Assembly: GCF_009914755.1 (NCBI RefSeq) | Contig: NC_060946.1 | DNA: 64,000 nt | Reading direction: 5' to 3' (one strand) | Origin: the human T2T-CHM13v2.0 reference genome, Homo sapiens | In this document: piece by piece, positions 1 through 18,680 of the stretch | Layout of the letters: every line of letters begins with the position of its first letter | Position numbering within the stretch: position 1 is the stretch's first letter | Notes under the pieces: generated by a model | Told to the model about the DNA's origin: nothing | Databases searched by the model: none | What the model saw: only the letters and a program-made list of their open reading frames with translations | Translations under genes and position numbers: made by a program

Positions 1-2180
1 CCTGATTTTGATTTTTCTTATGGGGAACCTGTGTGGCTGCATTCAAGGTATGTTCATACTGGCCTGTCAAATGCGATCTTTTCAAATTAGTAGTTAATGC
101 TTTCAAAATATGTTATTTAAAAAATTAGCCTCTGTATTTTCCATATGCAGTTATAAATATGTTTCAAGATTATGTTTTATTCCTCAATTTATATATTTGA
201 TTATTGTACCAAGCAGAGTATCTTTGAAATTTTTCTTCATTTAAAAAATATGTATCTTGACTCAGGCCTGTAATCCCAGCACTTTGGGAGGCCAAGGCAA
301 GAGGATCACAAGGTGAGGAGATCAAGACCATCCTGGCCAATACAGTGAAACCCTGTCTCTACTACAAATACAAAAAATTAGCCAGGCATGGTGGCAGCTG
401 GTGTAGTCCCAGTGTGAATTGGGATTCAGTTTATTCCCAAATTCCCAAATTATATATATATAAAATATATATATAATATATTAAATATATTATATATATA
501 ATATATATTATATTATATATAATTTTATGTATATATATATTTGTGGGTTCCCTATTTCCCATCTCATAACTTATTTTAAGAAGCCAGCATAATAATGTGT
601 AGGCTTGGGATTCAGTTTTTGAAACAAAACACTGAGCCTTTGATGACCTTCCTGTACTTGTAAAAGCCCACCTGTCTGCATGGCAGCAGTTGGACCTCAC
701 AGTGTGGATTGTGCCTTCACCCTGGAATGTTTATGCCCTATCACCATGGTGATGGGATTAGGGATCTCCTGCCCTTGGTCCTAAGTGCCACTATCTGTGC
801 TGAGTTTTTCAAAGGTCAGAGCAGATTGAACCATTGTGGTTTCATTTTCCCTGATTTTGATTTTTCTTATGGGGAACCTGTGTGGCTGCATTCAAGGTAT
901 GTTCATACTGGCCTGTCAAATGCGATCTTTTCAAATTACTAGTTAATGCTTTCAAAATATGTTATTTAAAAAATTAGCCTCTGTATTTTCCATATGCAGT
1001 TATAAATATTTTTCATGATTATGTTTTATTCCTCAATTTATATATTTGATTATTGTACCAAGCAGAGTATCTTTGAAATTTTTCTTCATTTAAAAAATAT
1101 GTATCTTGACTCAGGCCTGTAATCCCAGCACTTTGGGAGGCCAAGGCAAGAGGATCACAAGGTGAGGAGATCAAGACCATCCTGGCCAATACAGTGAAAC
1201 CCTGTCTCTACTACAAATACAAAAAATTAGCCAGGCATGGTGGCAGCTGGTGTAGTCCCAGTGTGAATTGGGATTCAGTTTATTCCCAAATTCCCAAATT
1301 ATATATATATACATATAAAATACATATATAATATATTAAATATATTATATATATAATATATATTATATGATATATAATTATATATATATATATTTGTGGG
1401 TGCCCTATTTCCTGTCTCATAACTTATTTTAAGAAGCCAGCATAATAATGTGTGGGCTTGGGATTCAGTTTTTGAAACAAAACACTGAGCCTTTGATGAC
1501 CTTCCTGTACTTGTAAAAGCCCACCTGTCTGCATGGCAGCAGTTGGACCTCACAGTGTGGATTGTGCCTTCACCCTGGAATGTTTATGCCCTATCGCCAT
1601 GGTGATGGGATTAGGGATCTTCTGCCCTTGGTCCTAAGTGCCACTATCTGTGCTGAGTTTTTCAAAGGTCAGAGCAGATTGAACCATTGTGGTTTCATTT
1701 TCCCTGATTTTGATTTTTCTTATGGGGAACCTGTGTGGCTGCATTCAAGGTATGTTCATACTGGCCTGTCAAATGCGATCTTTTCAAATTACTAGTTAAT
1801 GCTTTCAAAATATGTTATTTAAAAAATTAGCCTCTGTATTTTCCATATGCAGTTATAAATATGTTTCATGATTATGTTTTATTCCTCAATTTATATATTT
1901 GATTATTGTACCAAGCAGAGTATCTTTGAAATTTTTCTTCATTTAAAAAATATGTATCTTGACTCAGGCCTGTAATCCCAGCACTTTGGGAGGCCAAGGC
2001 AAGAGGATCACAAGGTGAGGAGATCAAGACCATCCTGGCCAATACAGTGAAAACCTGTCTCTACTACAAATACAAAAATTTAGCCAGGCATGGTGGCAGC
2101 TGGTGTAGTCCCAGTGTGAATTGGGATTCAGTTTATTCAGTTTATTCCCAAATTCCCAAATTATATATATATATATAATT
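1..2180. repeat. Tandem array of ~850-bp tripartite units (HSAT1-like segment + truncated Alu left arm + AT-rich palindromic tract); 2.5 copies visible, continues left of the window
   Basis: 'cctgattttgatttttcttatgggg' recurs at 1, 850 and 1703 (periods 849 and 853). Alu arms at ~263-415, ~1112-1262 and ~1965-2115. AT tracts at ~450-541, ~1299-1394 and 2161-2178. Matches the known LCR22 HSATI/Alu/AT-rich array architecture (recalled). Confidence 0.9.
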
Positions 2181-5100
2181 TCCTTTTACATCCTGCATCC
2201 TTCAACGTTCCATCCCCCACCCCACAGATTAAGTTATTCCCCAGGGGAGAATATGGCAAAGTCTATTTTAATGCAGTTTTTAACCCAATTAAGAACCTAT
2301 GAAATCATTACTTTCCAAAACTTTGGAACAAAGCCACAGTAGTATGGATCCGTTGGAGGCTTTTCGCACAATAAAATGTACCTCTCTTTGTTTTTAACAT
2401 GTTTTTCCCTTCCTCTCTTCTTTTTTTGTGAAATGTGTATTTACTTTAATATATTTGTAGTAAGTCACTTCCATGCACATATTAATTTTTTAAAGTAATA
2501 AGTATGTGTATTGTCTACGTGTGAAAGAAAACACACATTTATTTTTATGCTTTGGAAGTTATCCAGAATCATGGAATTGTCAATCACAGTCAATCACCCA
2601 ACCTACTCACCTTTCCAGTGTAATCTTAGTCAAATTTTTTTTTTGTTATCCAATGAGATGCAGTATTTCAACTCAGAAAGATAAATAGAGTGAATTTATA
2701 GAGACTATTAACTAAGAACATACAGTTTTATTTATACTCAGAAGCAAGTAGATTATGTACATATATATGAAGATAAAAATTAAAAGGATAATTGTGTAAA
2801 TTTGCATGTAGAGGGCTTTGAAAACCTGTTTACTTGTTAATGCTGTTTTGATGTATTGTGTCTTTGTTCTCCCGACCCATCGTCCAGAGCTCTCTGCAGG
2901 AGCTAAGTGCTCATCAGTTCCATGACTTGGAAACTGTCTAAGTTTAGAGGCACTTGTATTTGTTAGTAAATAAGGCAAGATGATATTGTTTCACAGGTTT
3001 TAGTGCCGAAGACTGAATAGATAAGCTGCTCCACCCAGTACACTGGTGTTCATTTCATGGTCATCTCATCTGTTAACCATGGATATAAAACATTTATCTT
3101 CAATGATGGGGTTTTACCATGTTGGTCAGGCTGGTCTCGAACTCCTGACCTCAAATGATCCACCCACCTCCACCTTCCAAACTGCTGGGATTACAGGTGT
3201 GAGCCACTATGCCTGACTGATTATTTTCATAACCAAGAAAAGAAATAAATACAATTAATGCTGGTGCATGGTATTAAATCCAGTTTTTAAAAAATTCACA
3301 CATAAACAAGGCAGAACCCTATACCCTCCATGATAAATGCAGTAGCAGTGTATGTGGGTCTGTGGAAGTTGAAAGGGACTTGGTAGATGTCAAGAAGGTA
3401 GTGGCAGTCCTGCTGGGCTTTTAAAGGGTCTGAAGAAGTGACAGGATGCTGTGGTTGAATCCTAGCATGTATTTTAGCATTTGTTCATTTGGAGTTGATT
3501 ATTTCACGTTGCTTTCATTTGCCATTACCTGGAAAGCCAAGGGCTCTACTCTCATTTCCTTGCTGCTCTTTCTTTGCCTTCCTTGGTCCGTGAAGAAGAT
3601 GGTCCAGGAGAAGCTCATTCCATGCTTGTTAACCAGGCACGCCCCTAAGTTCCAGTCCCTGAGTCATTCATGAGTAGCACTGCCAATGAACTGATAGCCA
3701 TGCTGTGTCCCTCCACATCCCCTAGGTGACTCGAAGAAGCCTTCCAAAAAGCATGTGAAAAGGAAGCCCTACTCTACTACCAAGGTAAAGTAGCCTGTCT
3801 TTGCCTAAGATGTAAATGTTGTTTTCTTGGATCCTTTATTTTTCAGTTGATATCAGCTATGGGAAAATTCTCCACTACATTATAGGTGTTAGATAATATT
3901 TCCTTGGGGATGGAGGAGGTGTATTTTACCAACTGACACCTGATTCCAGAGGACGTGCAAAATTGGCAGTGTCAGATAGTACACTGGGTGTTAAGGGATG
4001 TTTTCTTCAGGAACAAGCTTTCCACTTTAGATAAGAATTCTGCAATTGCTACTCAAAAATTACCTAGACAGAAACATTCTTCAAGAAAAGCTCCTGTGCT
4101 TTCCTAAGGGAACTCTACTCTAGAGTTGGGGCTTTTGACTTGAACCTTATTTCCAGTCTTGGTTACCCAGAGTTTCCAAGTGAACAAAAGACCTGTGTGA
4201 GCCATCCATAGCATAGCCTGATTCTCAGAGTGTTTTCCTTCTCTAATTACAGGTGACTTCAGGGAGCACATTCAATGGTACGTATTCTGGAATCACTCAC
4301 TGGTTGTTAGAAAAGGATTCTACAGGAAATCTGGAGCTTAACTGCTGGCTTTTGTCTGGAGAGCCTCCATGATCCAAGACATCTGGTGGGAATGAGGATG
4401 TAGGGTATAGTAAAAGAAACTGGTTTTCCTGGTGACATACTCTTTTTATCTATGTATAGTTTCTGGGAACATGTTCACATTAGGTTGTGTGTGGGTATGT
4501 GTGTATTAGGGCGGGGGTGGGGTGAGGTGGTCTGTGTGCAAGTCTGCATGATTTGCTTGTGAATGTGTGTCTATGTGTGTTTCCCCTAGGAAAAAAATGT
4601 TGTGTTTACCCAGCACAACTCTCAGTGCCATTTTTCTTAATTTAACAAATCAGACCACATACTTTACTTACATTAGTTCACACCTCATCATCATCATGCC
4701 CATATGTTGTGAGCTTGTTTACTGAGCCCACATGCCAGATGGAGAAACTAAGCCACATAAATAAATGTGCCCTGGTTCACTTGCTGCATAGTGAAGAGTC
4801 AAAATGTTTACTCAAACGGTGCTAATGTTGAAGGCCTGAACTACAACCTCTATTTATCAGCCAGTGAAGAGATCACTATTCACCATGCAAGGGAGTTCCA
4901 GCACCCTCTATGCCTGGAATTACCCACACCTGCAGAGATCCCAAACGCCATCCCTCACATAAGAGAACGTCATGATCTCATAATCCAGGTAGCTATGTAG
5001 ACATCTTCCTGCAGGTGTCACATAGTCCTTAGTGTGAAACCAACATAGAAAGCCCATGTTTCTGATCAAATCACAGGTTCTGAAACACTAAGGGAGGCAC

Positions 5101-7660
5101 TAAGTAGGACAATGTGGTGCCTGCGTGTCATAGCTGGGTCTCCTCAAGACATGGATCAAGTCCAGTAAGAATTGGGGAGATGCTTTAGAGTCTTGATGGA
5201 GTTATCACCACAAGCCCTCTGAGCTACACACTTTAGGGATCATGACCATTAAGTACTCAAATTACCATTTGGTTGTTATCCGGGTATCCGTCGTCCTTGT
5301 GGCAACCCTCTTGTGAAGCTGGTGTGGACAGCCTCAGTGCTGGAGCTGTGCCTCCCTTCTGAGTGGACCCTTTCTGTGTTAGCAGGTGGGTACAAGCGTG
5401 GGGGTCAGCACACTCAGTGGATTTACACACACAGCGTTGAAGAGTAATGCTGGGCTTCATTATTTATACATTTTCAATAAATGATGATCTTCATAACATA
5501 AAATCAATGATGTAGTACACTAGAATACTGTCCCTAGTATTGAATCTTGTCTCTCAGCAAAGGGTTGCTTAAAGTCACGTGACAGATTCCATTCAACTGA
5601 TGACACATGCTGTAGCAGCAGTTAAAGCAGTCATTTGAAAAGGCTTTTACTATAAACTTATATGTGAGCCTGAAGTGGGGGATAAAAGAGGCGATTAGCT
5701 CCCCTGTGCCATGTTTCTATTATGTGCGTGGTGGAGGAAAATTACACAGGAAGGTGATGGAGAGAACAGAGCAAAGGATTGGACAGGTCCATTGAACCCA
5801 TAAGACTATGGTGAGGTTAGTGAATGAGACTGGTCATTTTAGGTCAAATTTTACCCAGAGCTGGTGCAGCCACTGCCCATTCTTAGCCAGACCTTATTGC
5901 AGGCAGCTCTGATCAATAGTCAAGGAGGCAGTGGGGCTTGCAGACTTAATTCATTAAATCACCAAAGCACCAGCCCACACGGCCACTTTTCCAGTTAATT
6001 CACAGTAGCTTGCATATTCAGGTTTGATCAGTGGAAGGGAAGTTACTCTTTGCAGACCCATTTTTGACAATCATTTTGCGGTGTCGGAAGGTCTGAGCAG
6101 CCTCGGGAGGCAAGCAGTCCCTGGTCCCTCAGTGTAGTCACTGGAGGAGACAGTCACTGAGAGGCAGCTGGCAGGGTGAAGGGAAAGGGGAGGCAGGCCA
6201 CAGAGATGACAGCCTTTAAGCTGTCATACTGGGAGGTCAAGGATCTGAAAGAGGAAGGAGAATTCTTTATCATTAAGGACCTGTCCTTATCTCAGGCATT
6301 TCCTCCAGAGCATCACCTTTGTCCACCCACACACCTTGGGCTAGGAGGACTGGAGAAAGACAGTGAGGGGTCTCTTGGGTCTCTGGCACAGGGCGTGATG
6401 AAGAGGTGGCAGTTTTTCAGGAATCTCTCTCTCTAGGGAACCAAATACATTTCCCATCTCAGGTCCTTCACTCAGCGGGGTTGAGGTTCTGCTCGTCACT
6501 TATCATCTCTGAATGTCAGCACCCTCAAGTGTAAAATCTCAGCCACAGCCCCTCCTCTGCACCCCCTGCAGGGCTGATGTTCTCCATAAACCATAAGGCG
6601 TCATGCCCACGGAAAAGCCGAACAGGAAAGCATGCTCCACTGCCCCGGAGCCATCCAAGTTCCCCCTCCATATTCCGCCACTGCTAAGTGTCCAGCTTAT
6701 TCCTCCTGGCCTGTAGTAAACACTTAGAGAACATTACTGAAGTACCAGTCCTCTCTAAGGTTTTCCTGTATTTAGTGATTTTTTAGCCCTGTACTGTGAT
6801 ACTAAGAAGTAGGGCCTAAATAGGGCCTAAAAAGTATTGCTAAAATTACATTATGACAGTGCAGAGAACTGAGGGCAGAGGGAGGACATGAGCTTGCCAG
6901 GTCCACATGGCTTAGTGGAATTTGAATCCGGGCCCCCACTCTGCACCAGCCCTGCACTCACAGTCATCCGGCTGTGTTCTCCTCTCCAGGAAGGCACTGC
7001 CCACGCAGTCTGTCTGATAGAGGTGTTGAGTGCTCACTGAACTCCGTGATCTTCCTGAAACCCAACTTTGATTCAGTGGGCTCTGCTTGGAAGCCTGTAA
7101 AGAAAAGGATCATAAGTTTAAACTTAGAACAGATTATCACTATTTTCCCTCTGGTCTTCTGTCAGCAAGATGTCAACAGCCCTATCTATTGTCAATGCAT
7201 TAACCAGCATCTTCTCTGATAGAGAATACAAGAAGATATGCTGTGCACACCAACCAGTGTCGGAGACCTCATGGCTCCCGGGTAAAGAAGAAGAGGTACC
7301 CACAAGAAGGTACTGTGGAAGTTCATTAATTAAGTTGATTCAAGAATTGCAGTTGCGGGGAGTATTCAGTGTCCCATATGTAAGAGGAAACTATGAAGAG
7401 ACTAAGCCATATTTTTTAATGTGTCAGGATTCTAATTTGCCTGGTCAGTAAATATTGCTACCACCACAAAAGTAAATATCTACTTAAAAGTCAATTTTGG
7501 TTCATGTTTAATGATAGACAATGTTTCAAGCTAATGTCTAGAACTTACCTGGTTGTTAAACATAAGCATAGATCTCCCTGAAAGAGTGGTGCTATATTAT
7601 TATTTTTCAATTAATATATTTCTTTAGAGAGTTTTAAATTGACATAAAAACTGAGCATAT

Positions 7661-13290
<5,630 letters not shown>

Positions 13291-16200
13291 ACTTTAGATT
13301 CACAAACTTCATTAATTTGTATGAAATCCTCAGCAGTTGACCCCAAACAGATAAGACTGAAGCAGTATTTTAGGAATAGTTGAAAGTATGATCACCACAA
13401 AACATAAGCGTAATCAAATCCTGCAAGCTACATGTAAGGCACAATGACAAATAAGGCAGCAAAGGGCCATCTGGTGTTTAGTTCACCACACTTGTTGCAA
13501 CTGTTTGCGCTGCAGAGTTAAAACACACCAGCATTCAACCCATGTCTCCTCTCTTGAAGTAAACTGTCGTATGTTGGCTGGCCTGAACAAGCGTAGATAT
13601 TCTCCATCCTCAATTAATATGCATGCATGACAAAGAAAAGGAGGCCTGGATGAAAAAATATTGTGTGATTAATAATTATGCTTTAATTAATTTTAAAGGA
13701 TATAATTTCAGTACTTCTAATTCCCCCATCAGCAGTTATAACAAAGGATTAGTGAATAAATACCATAGACTGTTTTGCCTAGAATTGAATCCAATCTATC
13801 TATTAAACTTTGCTTTTATTCAAGTGCAAAATGCTAAAACACATAACTGCAGTGACAGCCACTGTGGATCCTCAGAGGTAAAAGTAGTCTTGGGACATAA
13901 ATCCTGCAAGCTAATATTGTTTTTACAGGTTTAGAAAACCATTTAGCTGGGTTTCAAACCTCACAGTGTGAGCAGTGGGACTCTCATCAAACTATAGCAT
14001 GTGCTTCAGTACCATTTGTAGACTGACTCATTCCCATTTTCTTAAGTTGCCATCAGCAAAATGCCAGGGACTCTATTTCTCGCTCCTTAGCTCCTCATTC
14101 TTGCCTGTCTTTCCACGAGGGAAGATTTTCTAGCAGGAGCTCAAGCTGTGCTTTTAATGAAACACATCCACACACACTGTCCTGTTGTCCACATTAAGCA
14201 GAGCTCCCTGAATAACTCATGAACAAAAGCATCTATGACTAACTGTTGCTCTGTGTCCTCCTAGCCTCTGAGGAGTCTCTAGTTCACAAGGACAGAGGAG
14301 ATGGAGAGAGGCCAGTCAACGCGAGGGTAAGGTTGCCTTGCTTTCTCTGAAATAGAAATGTTCCTTTCTTGGTGTCTTTCTTTTTCAACTGACTTTACAT
14401 GTGAAAAAATGACAATGTCCATGACAGGTATTAAATGCAGTTTTCTGAGGGGGAGGAAGAAGTGACTCTTAGCAACTGATATGTAATCCAAAATGGCATT
14501 TAGCTATGACGGCTTCAGGTTGTAGACTGTATCCTTGGGGTCCTTGTCCTTGGAAGCAATGTCTTCTCCTTGGATTCAGTATTTTGCACTTGCCAACCTA
14601 CGTGGACCTGAGAGATCCAGCATCCAGAAGCTGATGTCTTTTCCAGTGTGTATTCTACCCTTGTTTTGGAGGCCTTGAAGTTGACTACACTTTCTGATCA
14701 AGTTTTCAGTATTCATTGAGAGAAACAGAGCCTTGTGCAAACAATCCACAACATGACATACCCCTCAAAAAGCTTTGTTTCTGTATTGCAGGTGGTGCAG
14801 GTGGCCCCTCTGAGGCGTGAATCTAGTAAGTATTCTGGAATCACTTGCCAAGAAAACAATCTGGATGCCAAGAAAGGTGTGGCATCCTCGCCTGGTTTCA
14901 ATGTGAAGAGCCTCCCTGATCCTGGGATTGTGATAGGAATAAGTATAGGGGAAGTGTTTTTTTTAAAACCTGAATTCCCCAGGGAAAAATTATGGCCAAA
15001 TTTTGAGGAAGCAGCTGTGCTCCCTTTTGGGTGGTGCTGAGTTGGGTGCTTGAGGATTGGTGGTGTCTTGTGTGAGGCTGCATCGTGTGGTGTGAATGTG
15101 TGTGTTTCTGTACAGGTGAGGCTGTGTGTTTTCTCAGGAGAGATTTCCCACTTATACAACCCAATCACCAGTGTCCACTTCTAACAATAAAATCCACCCC
15201 CGCTCTACTCTCTCTGTACAGTGACTCCTCCACCCTCACCAGAGCCATCCCTGGGTCTGCCTTATTATCCCCACTGCTCAGGTGGAGAACCTGAAGGGCC
15301 AAGGGAGTGGCCCCAGCTCCCGAGTTCCTGAATGAAACAGTGAAAACACGAACCCAGGAGTGTGGGCCAGTGCTGACGCTGACATGCACTTAGTCATGGG
15401 GTGTTCACCACCACACAGGGAGTCCAGCATTCATGTATAAGCCCTAAAGCAACGAGCCCAAAAGGCCCCAGACACTGCCCATCATCATAAAGTGGCCTCC
15501 GTGGTCACACAACCCAGGGCAGTTATAGGCTCATCTCCCCACGGACCGGCATAGTCATCAGTGTGTCAAAAGCACAAAGATCCCCAGGTGTTTGGCTCAG
15601 CTCACAGATCCCTTTTTTTATTTAACTTTTCAGTTCAGGGGTACATGTGCAGGATGTGCAGGTTTGCTACATATATAAATGTGTGTTATGAGAGTTTTTT
15701 GTACAGATTATTGCATCACCCATATATTGAGCCTAATATCAGTTATTTTTCCTGATCCACCCCCTCCTCCCACCTCCCACCCTCCAGTAGGCCCCACGCT
15801 CACAAATTCTAAGAGGAGTGGGGGACCACAAAGGCCAGTGTGGCCCACTTCATTTGTGAAGTTAATTTGCTCAGCAACTGGCCAAAGTCTATAAGGATGG
15901 GTGATGTATTTTAGTAGATTTAGTAATACTATCTTCCCAAGCCCTAAAATGCTCAAATCCTGCCAGCCAAAAATGGTGAGGAGGGACAGATAGGAACTCT
16001 GTGTGGCACTTGGTTATTAGCCTGGCTTCCATCCCTTAGTGGCAACTCTCTTGTATATGTGGGTTAAAGACCCTCAGCCTCAAGCCAAGCCTCCTCCATG
16101 AGGAGCCATCTCACTATTGACCGGCTAGTGCCGGGTATGGCCACCAGCCCAACTGAAACAAAATGTTGCTTTAAAACAAGTGTAAATCTCATACATACAA

Positions 16201-17040
16201 CAGGCAAATGCAGAAGCAGTGTGGTCTCGCAAGTTGTAAAGAGGACAGTCGCAATTTTGCTGGACTTCAACCTGGGTAGAAGACATGAGGGAACTCTGTC
16301 ACTAAATCACGGCAGAGTTCAAGGCCACTTGTAGACTATTTCATGTTACAGAAGGTGGCCTTTAGCTACTAAGCAAAGGCCTCTGTTTCTCATTTCTTTC
16401 CTGTTCATCTTCTTGGTCATCCTTCTTCCGCAAGGGCCCAAGCAAAAGGCAGTTTCAATATTAATTTGACCGAGGTTTTGTGCAGTTTATTATCATCCAG
16501 GTAATCAGGTGCAACCCAGTCTGCCTAGCAGCCCCCCTATCTCTGCTCTGTGTTTTCATTTAATAAACATTTTGGTCTACTTACTATGTGCTAGATTTTC
16601 TCGAGACCAAGTAAATGAGATAGAATCTTTATGCTGGCAGCTAAGTTAGATTTCACATAACTGACAAAAATTAAAATTTCTGATTTCTTGTAAAAATATT
16701 TTGTATGTGTGAATGCATACTGAATGTAAAGTGGATAAAAAACTCACACTTGCACTCATGGAAGGCTTTTCATGAATTTGTCAATTTTTATTTTTTATAT
16801 TTCCCCACTTCACCAGATAATGCATACCTGAACCTGGAAACTGATTCCCACTGCAGAAAGTGTTCTGAGCCACATCCCTTAGCTTCACTAGTGCAGGTCC
16901 ACCTGGGAGGATGTCCCAGCATCAGCTTGACCCATGCTGTGATCAGCCACCTCCATGCATCACACCAAGCAAGCCCCTGGGTGATTCACAGTCTCCACCA
17001 CCAGGGCACTGACCTTAACTCTGTGTTTTTCTAGCTCCCC

Positions 17041-18206
17041 ATGAGGACACCGTACACGACATCACTAACGAGGACGCCACACACGACATCGCTAACGAGG
17101 ATACTGTACACGACATCGCTAACGAGGCCGCCGACAAGGGCATCGCCAACGAGGATGCCGCCCACGGCATCGCCAGCGAGGACGCCGCCCACGGCATCGC
17201 CAGCGAGGACGCCGCCCACGGCATCGCCAGCGAGGACGCCGCCCACGGCATCGCCAGCGAGGACGCCGCCCACGGCATCGCCAGCGAGGACGCCGCCCAG
17301 GGCATCGCCAACGAGGACGCCGTCCAGGGCATCGCCAAGGAGGACGCCGTCCACGGCATCGCCAACGAGGACGCCGCCCAGGGCATCGCCAAGGAGGACG
17401 CCGCCCAGGGCATCGCCAAGGAGGACGCCGCCCAGGGCATCGCCAACGAGGACGCCGCCCAGGGCATCGCCAACGAGGACGCCGCCCAGGGCATCGCCAA
17501 AGAGGACGCCGCCCAGGGCATCGCCAAGGAGGACGCCGCCCAGGGCATCGCTAACGAGGCCGCCGACAAGGGCATCGCCAACGAGGACGCCGCCCACGGC
17601 ATCGCCAACGAGGACGCCGCCCACGGCATCGCCAGCGAGGACGCCGCCCACGGCATCGCCAGCGAGGACGCCGCCCACGGCATCGCCAGCGAGGACGCCG
17701 CCCACGGCATCGCCAGCGAGGACGCCGCCCAGGGCATCGCCAACGAGGACGCCATCCAGGGCATCGCCAAGGAGTACGCCGTCCACGGCATCGCCAACGA
17801 GGACGCCGCCCAGGGCATCGCCAACGAGGACGCCGCCCAGGGCATCGCCAACGAGGACGCCGCCCAGGGCATCGCCAAAGAGGACGCCGCCCAGGGCATC
17901 GCCAAGGAGGACGCCGCCCAGGGCATCGCCAACGAGGGCGCCGCCCAGGGCATCGCCAAAGAGGACGCCGCCCACGGCATCGCCAACGAGGACGCCGCCC
18001 AGGGCATCGCCAACGAGGACGCCGCCCACGGAATCGCCAGCGAGGACGCCGCCCACGGCATCGCCAGCGAGGACGCCGCCCAGGGCATCGCCAGCGAGGA
18101 CGCCGCCCAGGGCATCGCCAACGAGGACGCCGCCCAGGGCATCGCCAACGAGGACGCCGCCCAGGGCATCGCCAAAGAGGACGCCGCCCACGGCATCGCC
18201 AACGAG
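17041..18206. repeat. GC/CpG-rich 27-bp VNTR, ~43 units
   Basis: Consensus GAGGACGCCGCCCA(C/G)GGCATCGCCA(AC/GC/AG); 9-aa periodicity in every reading frame of the ORF track. Confidence 0.97.
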
Positions 18207-18225
18207 CTGTATACGACATCGCTAA
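17041..18225 (+). other. 394-aa repeat ORF (ASPTRTPPR)n, similar to the uncharacterised DKFZp434B061-type predicted protein; probably an off-frame reading of the VNTR
   Basis: ORF track 17041..18225. The ATG is in weak context (ccccATGa), 6 nt after a splice acceptor, and in a different frame from the one the upstream exons splice into. Confidence 0.35.
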
Positions 18226-18410
18226 CGAGGACACCCTACAAGCCGTCGCTAACAAGTACACTGTACACAACATCGCTAATGAGGGCACTGTACAAGACAT
18301 CACCAATGAGGGCGCTTTATACGACATTGCTAATGGCACCGACAAGGCACGCTAACGTGGACGCTGTACACGACATTGCTAATGAGGACAGCGTATAAGA
18401 CATCGCTAGT

Positions 18411-18680
18411 AACTATCGCAAGAACAAAAAACCAAACACCGCATATTCTCACTCATAGATGGGAATTGAACAATGAGATCACGTGGACACAGGAAGGGGA
18501 ATATCACACTCTGGGGACTGTTGTGGGGTTGGGGGGGGAGGGATAGCATCGGGAGATATACCTAATGCTAGATGATGAGTTAGTGGGTGCAGCGCACCAG
18601 CACGGCACATGTATACGTATGTAACTAACCTGCACAATGTGCACATGTACCCTAAAACTTAAAGTATATATATATAAAAA
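18411..18680 (+). mobile_element. 5'-truncated young L1 (L1PA2/3-like) 3' end inserted into the 27-bp array
   Basis: L1 3'UTR 'caaacaccgcatattctcactcatag...atgtaccctaaaacttaaagtata'; GAG rather than the L1-Ta ACA diagnostic; 14-bp TSD aagacatcgctagt at 18397-18410 and 18681-18694. Confidence 0.93.

Noticed and set aside
431-1795. Duplicated 77-89 aa ORFs
   Set aside because: Non-ATG ORFs inside satellite units, repeated only because the unit repeats.
17015-18345. Long minus-strand ORFs (395, 386, 264 aa) as genes
   Set aside because: Antisense readings of a stop-free repeat; the splice signals support only the + strand.
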